This document shows positions 49,296 to 61,810 of a DNA stretch of 64,000 nt, piece after piece. Under the pieces are notes generated by a model that was given only the letters and a program-made list of their open reading frames with translations, did not search any database and was not told where the DNA came from. Origin of the DNA: Felis catus (lineage: Eukaryota). The position numbers and the translations under genes are program-made. Within the stretch, counting starts at the first letter, position 1, and every line of letters begins with the position of its first letter. The stretch lies in the NCBI RefSeq assembly GCF_018350175.1, contig NC_058373.1:110672001-110736000 (forward strand), given 5' to 3'.

Positions 49296-49754
49296 CCCAC
49301 CATAGGCATCCTAAAGGATAAGATAAAAACGAAAATAGAAGTGTTAATATTTTTTCCTTCACCCGATGTGTTGGCACACCCCACTTTTGAGGCCACTGTT
49401 CACTACTGTTGTCTTGCAAGGGATTAAAAAAAAAAAAAGAATTTGGCAGGCCAAAGCTGAGCAATGACCTGGTTGTTCTCTTTGGCATCTCCCTTTCCCT
49501 GAAGCATGGAAACCTGTTGATTAAATGGGTGGAGAGCCACAGAACACCATGATTTAATCGGAAAGAAAACACACCAGTTTAATATATATTCACAAGTATC
49601 ATCCCCATTACATGGGAACCATGCCACAGGCTGGCCCTGATCCCCAAGGTCTGAGAACAAAACAGGCTGCCTCTGTGGGGCACACAACATTCCCTTTGTC
49701 ACCACTGGAAGACCAATGGGTTCATGCCTGTTGTCCCCTGTGCTCTCTGGAGCA

Positions 49755-49766
49755 TGTGTGTATATG

Positions 49767-49801
<35 letters not shown>
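49755..49801. repeat. (TG)n microsatellite
   Basis: Imperfect TG run. Confidence 0.85.
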
Positions 49802-49804
<3 letters not shown>

Positions 49805-50983
49805 CGCACACAGGGGGTGGGAGCTGCCAGGAGGTGGATGTGGAGGAAGGCAAGGAATGGAAAGTTCTATGTGCTGGGAATTCAAAAGGACACAGAATCT
49901 GAGTCAGGGCTTAGCAGGGCTGCTCACACATCCCAGAGGCTAACCAGATCTCCCTTTTGAGTAGTACGTTGCATTGTGCAGAAGCCGCTAAGAACGAATA
50001 CCAGTCCTGATCTAGTGAGAGGAAGGTAAAATCCTTCTCAGTGTAGCATCTGAAAATCCAGGAGGTCAGGAGAATGCTTCACAGGTTTCCTCTGCTCTCT
50101 GAAACCTCTTGGAGGCAGAAGTGGCCTAAAGTGAAGAAATGGTTGCCATTAACCAGGCTCCCCAGAGTGGCCTTTTCTAAAAACAAAATTTATATGGAAA
50201 AAATTTTGAGCATTTCTGGACCCCAAAAATAACCTTTGCTAGGCCTTTCTGATACCGTAGGACACATCTTGCTGACGGATGCACAAAATAAATCGACATA
50301 AAGCCCAGATGCTCACAGACCCAGTTCAAAGTTCTGGCAGCTTGATGCTGAGATGTGGAGGGGGGTGGGGGGTGGGGCTGTTGCTGCAAAACAAATGCTG
50401 AATGTTATTTTTGCTTTTTGTCACAAAAGCAAAAATCATCTTTGGATTTCTTTCAGTTAGTGAAAACAGGTACTAATGTCAGTCTTTTGTAAATGCGAAG
50501 TAGAAGAACACAGATTTTTCAAAAGCAGGAGATACCTGTGTGAGACTTCTGTCCTTTTATTTAAATAAAGACTTGCAACTGATATTATGGGAACTTTGGA
50601 GACTTCCAGTAGCTGGTCACCTCCCCCTGATTTGTGATGTTGGCATAACTGTGTTGTGGTCAGGTAGAAGGGGCAGGGAAGTCTGGATCTGGACTTGCAT
50701 TCTGGTTTGAATCCTGGCTAGTGCTTATGAGTTTAGGGACCGTGGGCAAGTAAACTTTGTGAAACCGCGGTTTCCTGTTGATAAAACAGCCCAATACTAA
50801 ACAACATGATGTATACAAAGTGTCTGTTGCCCACACAGCACATAGGGGGCCTTTAACAAACGGAATAAAAGTTAGCTGATATTAGGTAAAGGCTAGACTT
50901 ATTAAAAGTTTTCCTCCCAGATTTCCTAGTCTGCCTCAGGCTTGTCCCTCCAACCAAAACTTCTGAGGTGTTAAAGTGGCCTG

Positions 50984-51177
50984 TTTTAATGTCTTATTTT
51001 TTATTTTTGAAAGAGAGAGTGCACAGGAGAGAAGCAGAGAGAGAAGGAAACAGAGGATCTGAAGCAGGCTCTGCACTGAGAACAGAGAGCCCAACGCACG
51101 GCTCGAACTCACGAACTGTGAGATCATGACCTGAGCTAAAGTTGGACACTTACCCAACTGAGCCACCCAGGCGCCCC
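50984..51177 (-). mobile_element. CAN-SINE
   Basis: Flanked by a(a/g)agtggcct(g/t)ttt. Confidence 0.9.
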
Positions 51178-51235
51178 AGAGTGGCCTTTTCTAAAAACAA
51201 AATTTCTAGAAATATTTAGCTTTATTTAAAAAAAA

Positions 51236-51238
<3 letters not shown>

Positions 51239-51308
<70 letters not shown>
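51239..51308. repeat. (TG)n(TA)n compound microsatellite
   Basis: Abuts the 3' side of a degenerate minus-strand SINE at about 51310-51399. Confidence 0.9.
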
Positions 51309-51310
<2 letters not shown>

Positions 51311-52320
51311 CACACTCCACCCCCCAACATGGGGCTCAAAATCTATGAGCCCAAAATCAAGAGTCACAGGCTCTACCAACCCAGCTGGCCAGACACCTCA
51401 ATATTCAGTTCTCTGATTAACTTTTCAATGAACATACTTTGCACAGTATTTTACAAATGTCTTACATTATCAGTAGGAAACACCAGAGAGTTTCTTCAAG
51501 TGTGCATGTATACAGTCCCATCCATTCCCCTGAAGCAGCCCCTCTCCCCTTCTGTAGTGTTTATAGCCCAGTTCCCCCCCCCCCCCCCAGCTTTACACTT
51601 GTAGTAGGAAGCTCTGGAAAACCTGACCATTCTCAAAATCAAAAGAGGTGGATTTCCAACACGGAGACTTCAGGCTGTGTGACAGATGGTAAAAGGAAAT
51701 ATTTATATGAAGGCTGTGGGCGGGAGAGGAGACACTTGTTACTGTTGAACTTGTAGTAGCTGCCAGCTGGACAAGCAACACAAACCCTCCGTCAGCCCTG
51801 AAATGTCTTCCTCACGGCCAACAGCCGCCTCCTGTAGTCGCTTCCTGGGGCACTAGTTTTTCTGACGGTATCCTTCAGGGTCCCCCCTTGGAAGTGTGCC
51901 TGCTTCTCCCAGGAGAGTGGCAGCTGAGAGTGACCGAGGTGCTTGCAGAGCTGGCTTGCCCGTTTCGCAGCGCAGGTCGTCATGGAGATGGGGCAGCACG
52001 CGGGGGGTGGAGGGGGGCAGGTGGGGGAAGTGGACGATTGGAAATAATACCCCCAGGGGTGTTTCTGGAAGGACAGATCCCTGGGGAGCGCCACAGTGAG
52101 GAGAAAGGGAGGCACATCCTCTTACCATGTTCACGAAAGCCTGCGTTGCGTATTTTTACTAAAATGTTGCAAACGTAAACTGTAGGAAAAGGCAATCCAA
52201 AAAAAAAAAAAGGGTGACACAGGCAGGTGGAATGGTTTTTCTGACCCCACAAATTTGTCTGCAGGCCCCTTGCCAGGCTCTCAGTGCAGACCCCGGCGCG
52301 CTCCGCCACTGTGGAAAACA

Positions 52321-52334
52321 CTGCCACCTGCTGG
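52321..52334 (-). promoter_or_regulatory. Candidate CTCF site
   Basis: Reverse complement CCAGCAGGTGGCAG fits core consensus CCASYAGRKGGCRS at all positions, in unique CpG-richer DNA. Confidence 0.6.
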
Positions 52335-52686
52335 GCCTTTTGAGAATGTCAGCTGACCCTGTCTGTCAAAACTAGTCCCAGGCTTTCCGGGTGCCCTGGG
52401 TGTCCACCCGTGATCCACCATCCTGGTTCTCCTGAAAAACAAAACAAACACCCTTAACACGCATGCACACCCGGAATTCTGGCTAGAATGTGCCCAGAAG
52501 AACTACAGTCGACACGGTGGAGGAGAAAGGCTACAGGATTTTTTTTTCTTGGACCCCCAGAGGCCACTTTGTCTTGGGCACTTCTAGCCCCTGCTTCTGG
52601 CTTTTGAAGTTTAATTTGAACTACTGATCGAGGTTCAGATGGGATTTACCAGCTTATGGGGGGAAAAAACCTTAGAAATATACTGA

Positions 52687-52900
52687 GGGGCACCTGGGTG
52701 GCTCCGTTGGTTGAGTGACTTCACCTGGGGTCATGATCTCGCTTCACCTCAGGTTCATGAGTTCCAGCTCCACATGGGGCTCTGTGCTGACAATGCAGAA
52801 CCTGCTTGGGATTCTCTCTCCCTCTCTCTCTGCCCCTCCCTGCTCACTCTCTCTCTCTCCATCTCAAAATAAATAAAAACATTAAAAAAAAAAAAGAAAG
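52687..52900 (+). mobile_element. CAN-SINE
   Basis: Head and tail; agaaatat..tga flanks. Confidence 0.87.
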
Positions 52901-54252
52901 AAATATGTTGAAACAAAACAGAAAATGGAAAGGCTGTCTAGAGAAAAGCCCGTGTGCCAAGGGGCTGGGGTGAGAGTGGAGCAGGGGTTGTGAGAGGTGT
53001 AGAGAGCCTCTGTTAGGAAACTCTCAGCCAAACATCTGCCAAGGAGCCAGGGAGAGAAGAGCAGAGGAGGGGAGACAGTGAGAATAAAGTTCCGTGGAGC
53101 TGGGAAATGACCTCTTGAACCGTTCTTCCTTCCACAAACGCTTTCTCTGTGCTAGACTTGGGGTGAAACGGGAAGCAACAGCCAGATGCGACTTCCTTGG
53201 AAGGGTTACCCAGAGCCAGGGACTGCTCCTTGGAGGTTCAAAGTCTTGCAGGATTGTATCTGAGCCCCAGACCTTCATAGGCTTCAGCAAACATCCTCCT
53301 GGCATGTGTGACAAAGGGCAGCACCCCATTCCCGCTCAAGTTTCTCCAGTGGTCACAGTAGTGTAATCTGCACAAAACATGTGCATGCTGTTTAGGGGGA
53401 GACAAGAGTTTTGGAGCATCCTGGCTTCAGAATCCATTAACCTAAACATTGTCAGAGGTGTACGCAGAACAAATGGAATTGTGCGATGGGTAAAATATAA
53501 AACAAGAGCATATCTGATCACCACAAAAGCAGTTAATTGTATCTTACATTCATTGCGCACAGCCTCAAGACCCGCCCCCCCCCCCTCAAATTTAACCAAT
53601 CAGGATTCAGCCATGTCCAGCACCAGCCATCAGAGTTCAGTGACTGAATCACCGGCTTAGCCACTGCCATTTTATGAGCAAATTAAATTAATTGAGAAAG
53701 CAAATCATTTGTGTCTGGTAATGGCAATTAAGCAAAGCATGAGTTCACAACATTATGAGAGTGAAAATTTTGAACCAGATCATTCAAAGATGAAGCAACT
53801 TGCTGACTTCAGCCTTGGGTAGCTATAATAAAAATGAGGCAGGGGGTAGGGCATATTGTCTGCAAGTTTCTTAGGAGGTAGGTGGTGTGTGCTTTATTTC
53901 TATGCCAATCTAAAATCATAGAAACATTAGCATAGTTAGGATAATCTTTATGTACACTGTGGGGCAGGATTCCACCATGCAATTTCAAGGCAATATTTTA
54001 CACGTGTTTTATGATCACTTTGGGGCCATGTGATTATCCAAAGTAACAGACTGTAACTATTAATGCAGTCTTTTTTCCAACTAGAGCATGCTGAAAGACC
54101 TCTTAAGTTATAAATTAGCTAAACACTGTCTTATGTCTTAAACACTGTCTTATGATGGAGTTCCTTGCAGCATAGTGAGGTGGCAGGGTAAATCCATGAA
54201 TGTTAAAATCTCAATGTAGTATAATGGAAGAGTTTGCTGTGTTCCCTAAAAA

Positions 54253-54483
54253 TTCTTTTTTATTTATTTATTTTTTTTACTGTTTATTTTTTATTTTTGA
54301 GACAGAGACAGAGCATGAACAGGGGAGGGGCAGAGAGAGAGAGGAGACACAGAATCTGAAACGGGCTCCAGGCTCTGAGCTGTCAGAACAGAGCCCGACA
54401 TGGGGCTTGAACCCATGAACTGTGAGATCATGACCTGAGCTGAAGTCGGACGCTTAACTGACTGAGCCACCCAGGCGCCCCCC
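54253..54483 (-). mobile_element. CAN-SINE
   Basis: TSD ccctaaaaattcttt. Confidence 0.92.
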
Positions 54484-54589
54484 TAAAAATTCTTTAGTTT
54501 TCACCCTGGGCACTCCCTTGCATTTGGGTGTGGCCATATGACTGAGTTCTGGCCAATAAACTGTAAGTGAGAGAGGCCAAAATAGTTAA

Positions 54590-56100
54590 GGTCAACATCA
54601 CTGAATAGAGAGTCAGTATACAAAAGTCAGCTTCATTTCGTTATACTAGCAACAAACAATTTGAAAGTGAAATTTCAAAAAACAGTTCCATTATCAATAA
54701 TACCAAAAAACATCACCTGGGAATAAATTCAACAAAAGATGTGCAAAACCTGTGTACAGAAAACTATAAAACATTACCAAAAGGACTTAAGGGATAAAAT
54801 AAAGGAGTTATATACCATGTTCATGGATTGAAAAAAAAAATTTGTGCAGCTGTTAACTCTCCTCAATGTTATATATAGAGCCAATTAAATTCCTGACAAA
54901 ATCCCCAGACTTAAATGTGTGCATGTAAAACTAATAAGGAAATTCTGAAATGCCAAGTGCCAAGAATAGCAAAGATAATCTTGAATAAGAATGAAGATGC
55001 AAATTACTGATTTTTAAGCTACCATAATCAAAACTATGCAGTATCATGAAAGGATAGAAAATTGACCAAAATAATAAAATAGAGTCCCCAAATGACCCCC
55101 ACATATATAATCACCCGATCTGCAACAAAGGTACCTTGCAATACAGCAGGGAAAGGGTGGTCTTTTTCAGTAAATGGTGCTGATTCAAGGGGTATTCAAA
55201 TGGGAACCCCTACATCATACCAAACACAAAAGTAAATCATGGCTAAATTAGGGACCTAAATGTGAAAGGTAAAACAATAAAGCTTGGAAAAGATAACAAA
55301 GGAGCATAGAAGAATATCTTCATGACATTGGGATAGGCAAAGATTACTTTACCATTAAAGAAAAGAACAATACTCCACATTTCATTAAAATTTAAAACTT
55401 GTATTTATTAAAAAAACACAAGGCAACAAAACTGCAAGCCACAGAGTGTGAGAATATAATTGCAATTCATAAGATGACAAAAAAAATCATATCCTGAATA
55501 ATAAAAAGGACTACCAAGAAGAAAAATAAGCCAAAGACTTGAATGGAAAATTCTCAAAAGAGAATCTTGAAGTGGCCAATGAGCCTTTTAAAAGGTGCTC
55601 AATAACATTAGTCATTAGAAACATGCAAATTAAGACTACAAGGAGAAAAATCAATCAACCAACCAATCCACAAGGAGAAACCACTACACTCAATCCAGAG
55701 TGGCTAAATGAGACAGATGGACAATACCAAATGTTTGCAGGGATATGGAACCACTGGATGTCTCCTGAAATGGTGGTGGACATGTACATTTGCATAGACA
55801 CTTTGGAAAAGTATTTGGCAACATCCACTGAAGTTTTATATATGCATGCTCTCCAACTCAGCAATTCTACTGCTAGGTGCATACCCAACAGAAACGTGTA
55901 GATATATGCACCTGAAGACACATTCATAATAGCTTTGTTGATAATAGTCCAAAACTGAAAATAATCCAAATGCCCATCAGCAGAGTGGATAAATGGTGGC
56001 ATATTCACATAATAGAATATTATACAGCAACAAAAGAGAATGAACTATTGTTTCAAGGCACAATATGGATGACTCTCACAGACAGGCTATTGTACAAAAG
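54590..56100 (+). mobile_element. Old L1 (ORF2 3' half and 3' UTR; L1MB/ME-like)
   Basis: ataccatgttcatggattg, tctttttcagtaaatggtgctg, atgcaaattaagactacaa, cagcaattctactgctagg. Confidence 0.85.
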
Positions 56101-57482
56101 AAGTGGGTGTGCCTTGTCTGTGCTCCCTTTCCTCATCTGCCAACTGAATCACAAGGACTCCAAGGACTTAAAAGAGGGTGGAACCACAAAATAGAGCTTA
56201 GGGAACCCTGAATCATCACGTGAATGCTTGGCTGGCCAGGACTACCCATTTTGTATTGTGACATGAGTGAAAATAACTTTTTGTGTTAAGTCACTGAGAA
56301 CTGGGGGTTACTCTTTTTCAGCAGCCAGCATGACTTATCCTCGGTGGCACATAGTGCAATACAGAATTAAGCGGTAACAGGTGATACCACCAGAATGTGC
56401 TAGAGAAGCTCATAGATAAAGGGGCCACCAGGAGCTGGTGTTGTCGGGTGGTGTCAGGAAAGGCCTCTCCCCTTTTACAAATGGAGGGTGGGGATTGGGT
56501 AACTCAAGGGAGAAATCCTTCCAGGTAGGGGCAGAGGCTTGGGGGCTAATGCTGATGGAGGGTAGATGGAGAGCATCCTGTTCCTGCATGCGGAAGTTGG
56601 TCAGGGGCAGCTTTGGCAGGTGCCCCTGTCGTCCACTGAAGGATCTTGGAAGAGAAAGGTCAACAGCTGTTCTTTCCTCGGTAGATCTGCGGCCCACCAT
56701 TTGAAATGACATATTCAACCTACACGGTCAGGGCAGTTTCAAGCGAGATGTATGTAATTCCTTTCCTCTGACCACATGCTCCGTTGTCTTCTGTTTTGTA
56801 ATCATCTACTTTCAAGAGAATTTAGGGAGCCTGATGAATAGCTTAACATTTCTTTCCTTGAACTCCCAGAGGTTCTGACCAGATTCCAACTTCCAGTCAA
56901 CGTTCCCAGCCCTTCACCAGAGTTGTCTGGTAATTTTCTAATCCTCCCTGGGACATGCCTATTTCCTGCTGAGAGATAAGCAAACAACAATGCTCCCCAA
57001 AGGGTAGTATGCCTCAGCCGTGAGGCCTTGGATCTCCATTTTAGGAAAAGTGTTCACACGGTTGTAAAGCTCTGAGAGGAGATGGGCCTGTGAGTCCCCC
57101 AGGAAAGAATATGAGAACCCACCATGAGGATTTCGCTGCATTCCTCAGCAGTATGGAGCTGTCTAGGAAGTTCATTTTGATTCAAAAATATACCAAAGTG
57201 GAAGTGTGTGTATGAGCGGGTGTGTGAAACAGATCTGAGAAAAAGACAGCAAAAGTAAAGGAGGTGGGGGAGATAAGGAGAGAGGTCAAAGGCAAATAGT
57301 TTTCTTTCCTTGCAAAAAGACCTCTTCGGTGCACTTAATGTTAATTTTATTATGGAAATATTCAAACAAAAAAAATATAGAGAAATAGCGTAATGAACCG
57401 CTATGTACCTGTCTTCTGATTCCAATGTCAACATTTGTCAATCTTTTTCACCTATCTGCTCTTCTCCTGTTTTTTTGCACTA

Positions 57483-57833
57483 CAGCTGGAATTGGCAAAC
57501 TATGACCCCATGGGCCACATCCAACTTGTCTCTTGTTTTTATAAATAAAGTTTTATTGGAACACAGCCCCACCCTTATGTGTGTGCATTATCTATACCTG
57601 TTTTCCCATCACAGAAAGGCTGAGTAGTTGTGACTGAGATCATGCGGCCTAGGACGCCTAAAATATTTGCTATCGGTGGCTCAGTGGGTTAAGCGTCCGA
57701 CTCCAGCTCAGGTCACCATCTCACGGTTTGGGGGTTCGGGCCCCACATGGAGCTCTGTGCTGACAGCTCAGAGCCTGGAGCCTGCTTCGGATTCTGTGTC
57801 TCCCCCTCTCTCTCTGCCCCTCCCCCGCTTGTG

Positions 57834-57883
<50 letters not shown>

Positions 57884-57965
57884 AATAAATAAAATGTAAA
57901 AAAAAATTTTTTTTATTTTAAATATTTGCTATCTGACCTATTGCAGAAAAAGTTTGCCAGGCTCC
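57483..57965. mobile_element. MER58A-like hAT MITE, split by a SINE
   Basis: ttggcaaacta..aaataaagttttattggaacacagcc..gcctaaaatatttgctatc..gaaaaagtttgcc. Confidence 0.85.
57675..57919 (+). mobile_element. CAN-SINE (5'-truncated)
   Basis: 14-bp TSD aaatatttgctatc (57661-57674 and 57920-57933). Confidence 0.92.
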
Positions 57966-58047
57966 ACACTAGAGTATTTCAAAGCAAATACTAGGCATCA
58001 TATCATCTGTAAATGCTTCAATATGAATATCTAAAAATAAGAGCTTT

Positions 58048-58225
58048 GGGGCACCTGGGTGGCTCAGTTGGTTAAGCATCTGACTCTTGATTTCGGCTCA
58101 GGTCATGATTTCACAGTTCCTGAGTTGGAGTCCCACATCAGGCTCTGCGTCGACAGTGTGGAGCCTGCCTGGGATTCTCTGTGTCCCCTCTCAAAAATAA
58201 ATAAACATTAAAAAAATAAAAATAA
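58048..58225 (+). mobile_element. CAN-SINE
   Basis: TSD ataagagctt. Confidence 0.88.
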
Positions 58226-58330
58226 AGATAAGAGCTTCATTAAAGCTCAATAATAGAATTATCATATCTAAAAAAATTAACACTCAGCTTCATCTAATAC
58301 CTGATTCCTATTTAAAATTCCTTTATTATT

Positions 58331-58480
58331 GGGGTGCCTGGATGGCTCAGTCGGTTGAGTGTCCAACTCTTGATTTCAGCCCAGGTCATGATCTCATGGT
58401 TCGTGGGATCAAGCCCTGGAGCCTGCTCGTGCTTTCTCTCTCTTTCAAAATAAATAAATAAACATAAAAAAATAAATAAA
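58331..58480 (+). mobile_element. CAN-SINE (internally deleted)
   Basis: Head and tail; ctttattat flanks. Confidence 0.85.
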
Positions 58481-58579
58481 GTTTCTTTATTATCTTAAAA
58501 ACATGTTTTTACAATTGCCTTTTTCAAATCTAAATAAGGCTCACACATTGCACTTGGTTAATATGTCTCTTAAGTATCT

Positions 58580-58810
58580 CTTTTTTTTTGAGAGAGAGAG
58601 AAAAAGAGAGGGCACAAGTGAGCGAGGGACAGAGAGAGAATGCCGGGGCGGGGGGGGGGGCAGAGGGAGAGAGAGAGAGAAAGAAGTGGGGCTCATCCAA
58701 AACGGTGCTCATGCTCACCCGAAGTAGGACTTCAGATCACCCAATGTGGGACTCAAACTCATGACCTAAGTTGAAGTTCGATGCTTAATGACTGAGCCAC
58801 TCAGTCACCC
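58580..58810 (-). mobile_element. CAN-SINE variant with repeated internal segment
   Basis: Reverse head and tail; several degenerate gtggggctc..ctcaccc units. Confidence 0.8.
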
Positions 58811-59658
58811 TGTCTCTTAGGGATCTCTTAATCCACTTTCATTTCTCCCTTACCACCCCTTGTTCCACCTTCTTTTAATGACATTTATTTGTTGAAGGCA
58901 CCAGGTCATTTGTCCTATGGGATCCCCACATTCTGGGTATGGCTGGTGGTATCCTCACTTGTATCATTGAACATGATCAGAGTGCGTTTTTGTGTCTGAG
59001 GATGTGAGGTGACGTGGAGAACTTCCCATTGCCTTTCCACGGTTGGGGTGTGGAAAAATGTGGAATGAGGAATCAGTCTGATTAGATCCAGTTCTTCCCA
59101 TCTGGGATGTAAAGGAGAGTGTCAGTTATAGTTACATTTAGGGGTCTTGTAATGTAAGCCAGACCCAGGAAGGAATCGAATGTTCCTTAACTGCACTCTG
59201 TTGGAGCTTGTGTTGCCCAAGTGGTGAGAATAAAATTGTATTAACCCAAGGAACAACAGTAGAGTAATAAAAGTAAGAAACACAATGCTATCTACAGCAA
59301 TGCACCATTTATAAAAATTAAAAATCTAAAAGAAATCAAAACAGTTCTACCTGCTTGACAAGGACCCGGGGCTCCTGAAGGACCCACATTGAACCCTAGA
59401 GTGGGTGCCTACAGGGAGGAGGCGGGAAAGGGAGAGACCAGTGACAAGGAAGAGGAGAGACCAAGCAAGAGAGGAGTGGGTAGTGTACTGACCCTTAGGG
59501 GTGGTTGCCCTGAACTAGAGAGAATGATTAATTCAACTCTGCACCAAACTAACCCTGAGGGGTTCTTTTCCTTATGGGAGATTCAACTGTGTGATTGCCA
59601 AGAGAAACCAATGCTCATTTTGGAGTCACCTGCCAGTTGTTTTTGAAAAGTGGTGAAT

Positions 59659-59855
59659 GGGGGCACCTGGGTGGCTCAGTCTGTTAAGTGTCTGACTTTT
59701 GCTCGGGTCATGATCTCAAGATTTGTGAGTTCAAGCCCAGTGTGGGGCTCTGTGCTCACAGCTCAGAGCCTGGAGCCTGCTTTGGATTCTGTGTGTGTGT
59801 GTCTCTCTCTATCTGTTCCTTCCCCCCATCTCAAAAATAAAGAAACATTAAAAAT
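59659..59855 (+). mobile_element. CAN-SINE
   Basis: Head and tail. Confidence 0.88.
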
Positions 59856-60066
59856 TTTTTTTGGTTACAAAAAAAAGGAAAGAGAAATGATGAATGACCC
59901 TCATTGAGTGGGCTGGGCAGAGCCCCCTGTGGGAGGCATAATGAGCCCTGGGCCAGGACACATAGAAAAGGCAAGTTGCCTGCAAAGAAGGGAATGTGGA
60001 GTACAAAGAAGTTGAGAGAAAGCAGCACCACAGGACAACCTTCTTTTGAAGGCCTAGGTCTGCAGC

Positions 60067-60452
60067 TGTTATTATGGGTTGAATTGTGTCCCTCACCCCC
60101 AGCATCTCAGAATATGACCTTATTTGGAGAGGGGGACTTTACAGAGGCAGTCAAGTTAATATAAGGTCCTCAGGAGAGTTCTAGTCCAATAGGACTGGAA
60201 TCCTTATAAAATGGAGAGAGTTGAGACAGGAACATAAGGAGAACACGATGCGAAATTGTAGTTTTGCTGCCACAAGCCGAGCACCTGGGACAGAGGCCTG
60301 GGACAGATCCTTCCCTCCAGGCTTCAGGGGAGCAGGGCCCTGCGGACACCCTGACTTTGGACTTCTAGCCTCCAGAACTGGGACACAACACATTTCTGTG
60401 CTTCTGAGTCACTCATCTGTGGTACTTTGTTGTCATAGCTCCGGGAAACTAC
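60067..60452 (+). mobile_element. MLT1B/C-like MaLR LTR
   Basis: tatgggttgaattgtgtccc..gaccttatttgga..ggacttctagcctccagaactg..tgtggtactttgtt. Confidence 0.85.
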
Positions 60453-61319
60453 TTACTCCAGTAACACTTTTCCCCTGTGTTGTGTGAGGGAGTGACAGCA
60501 CTGTATAGTTAGGACCTTTGCACGTCCCATGGTTTCCTGCTCTTCGAAGAACCAGCTGACCTTCCGCCAGAGACTGAAGCACCTCCTTGGCAGCCTGAGG
60601 AAGATGTGCGGGCAGTTCACAAGCAGAGAACTCTGTCAGGCACTCTGCCGGGACACTGGCCAAGTGCCACATCCTGTGAGGATGGGTCAGTTTCTAGACC
60701 CCATCATCAAAGGTTATTGGCGGTGACAAGAAGGACTCATGGGGCTGTCAGCAGAGATGATTCCTCTGGTCACAAAAAGAGCAGTTGTCTGATTGCTCAC
60801 CTCGAAGTTGTAACGGATGATGAGGTATAGGAAGGAGGGAGGTTGCCAGACTTGTGTTATGTAAAATTAGAACACTCGACCCCACGGTGTCTTGTCCTAG
60901 AATTCTCACAGCTTGACTTACAAAGCTGGAGAATAGGCAGGAGGTTATGAATCTGTGTGTGTGTGTTTTTGTGTGTGTGCTTGTGTGGGAGGGACTTTTG
61001 GCAAATAAAGACAGACATCAGGATGCAGGGAAGGGCAACTCACAGGAAAACCTTCAGAGAAGTTTAGAAGGAAATATGGTAAAGCAGGTGCAAAAGTCAT
61101 GACCTCTCACCCTTGAACTAGCGTCTAAGGAAGGAGCACACTGAACGAGTCAAAGAAGGTCGTGCAGATGGACCCCATTCTGGAGACAGCAAGCTCCTCA
61201 GAGGCAGGGACCATGACCTTGAATGGCTGGGATTACTGGGTCCACTGCTAGAGGTCAGACTAGGATGCCTAGGCAGGTCTGGAAACTCAAGGACATCCAG
61301 AATTTGTTGTTTTGACCTG

Positions 61320-61810
61320 CCACCATCACCCCTTTACCCACCTCCCCACTGCTTTGAAGATTGGGGCATGCCTCCTTTTGGCAAGCTCCAGATGATCCTG
61401 GGGGAGCTGCCTAGCACAGTCCCCTGCCTTCCCCTCTCTACAGCCCAAGAGGTGGGCATGAAACCCAAGCCCAGCCAATCTGAGCCCTTCCTGGGAGTTT
61501 CGTCGTCTTCTTTTTCAAAAAAATTTTTTTTGAATATTTATTTATTTTTTGAGAGACACGGCATGAACAGGGGAGGAACAGAGAGGGAGACCCAGAATCC
61601 GAAGCAGGCTTCAGGCTCTCAGCTGTCAGCATAGAGCCTGATGTGGCACTCAAGCCCACGGACTATGAGATCATGACCTGAGCAAAAGCCAGACGCTTAA
61701 CCAACTGAGTCACTCAGGCGCCCCTGGGAGTTATGTCTTCTAATTTTCTTCCTTAGTGATGCCAAACTGGCATGATGTGAGCCTAGAGCTGCCTGCAGCC
61801 ATGTTGAGCT
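61320..61810 (+). mobile_element. LTR16/LTR33-like ERVL LTR fragment, split by a SINE
   Basis: ggtgggcatgaaacccaagcccagccaatc..atgtgagcctagagctgc..gcagccatgtt. Confidence 0.55.
61510..61724 (-). mobile_element. CAN-SINE
   Basis: TSD cctgggagtt. Confidence 0.88.

Larger units (their letters stand above)
54215..56340 (+). mobile_element. MLT1H/I-like MaLR LTR, split by SINE and L1
   Basis: ctcccttgcatttgggtgtggccatatgactgagttctggccaat (about 54510-54560); ccctgaatcatcacgtg..tgtgttaagtcactgaga (about 56200-56330). Confidence 0.65.
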
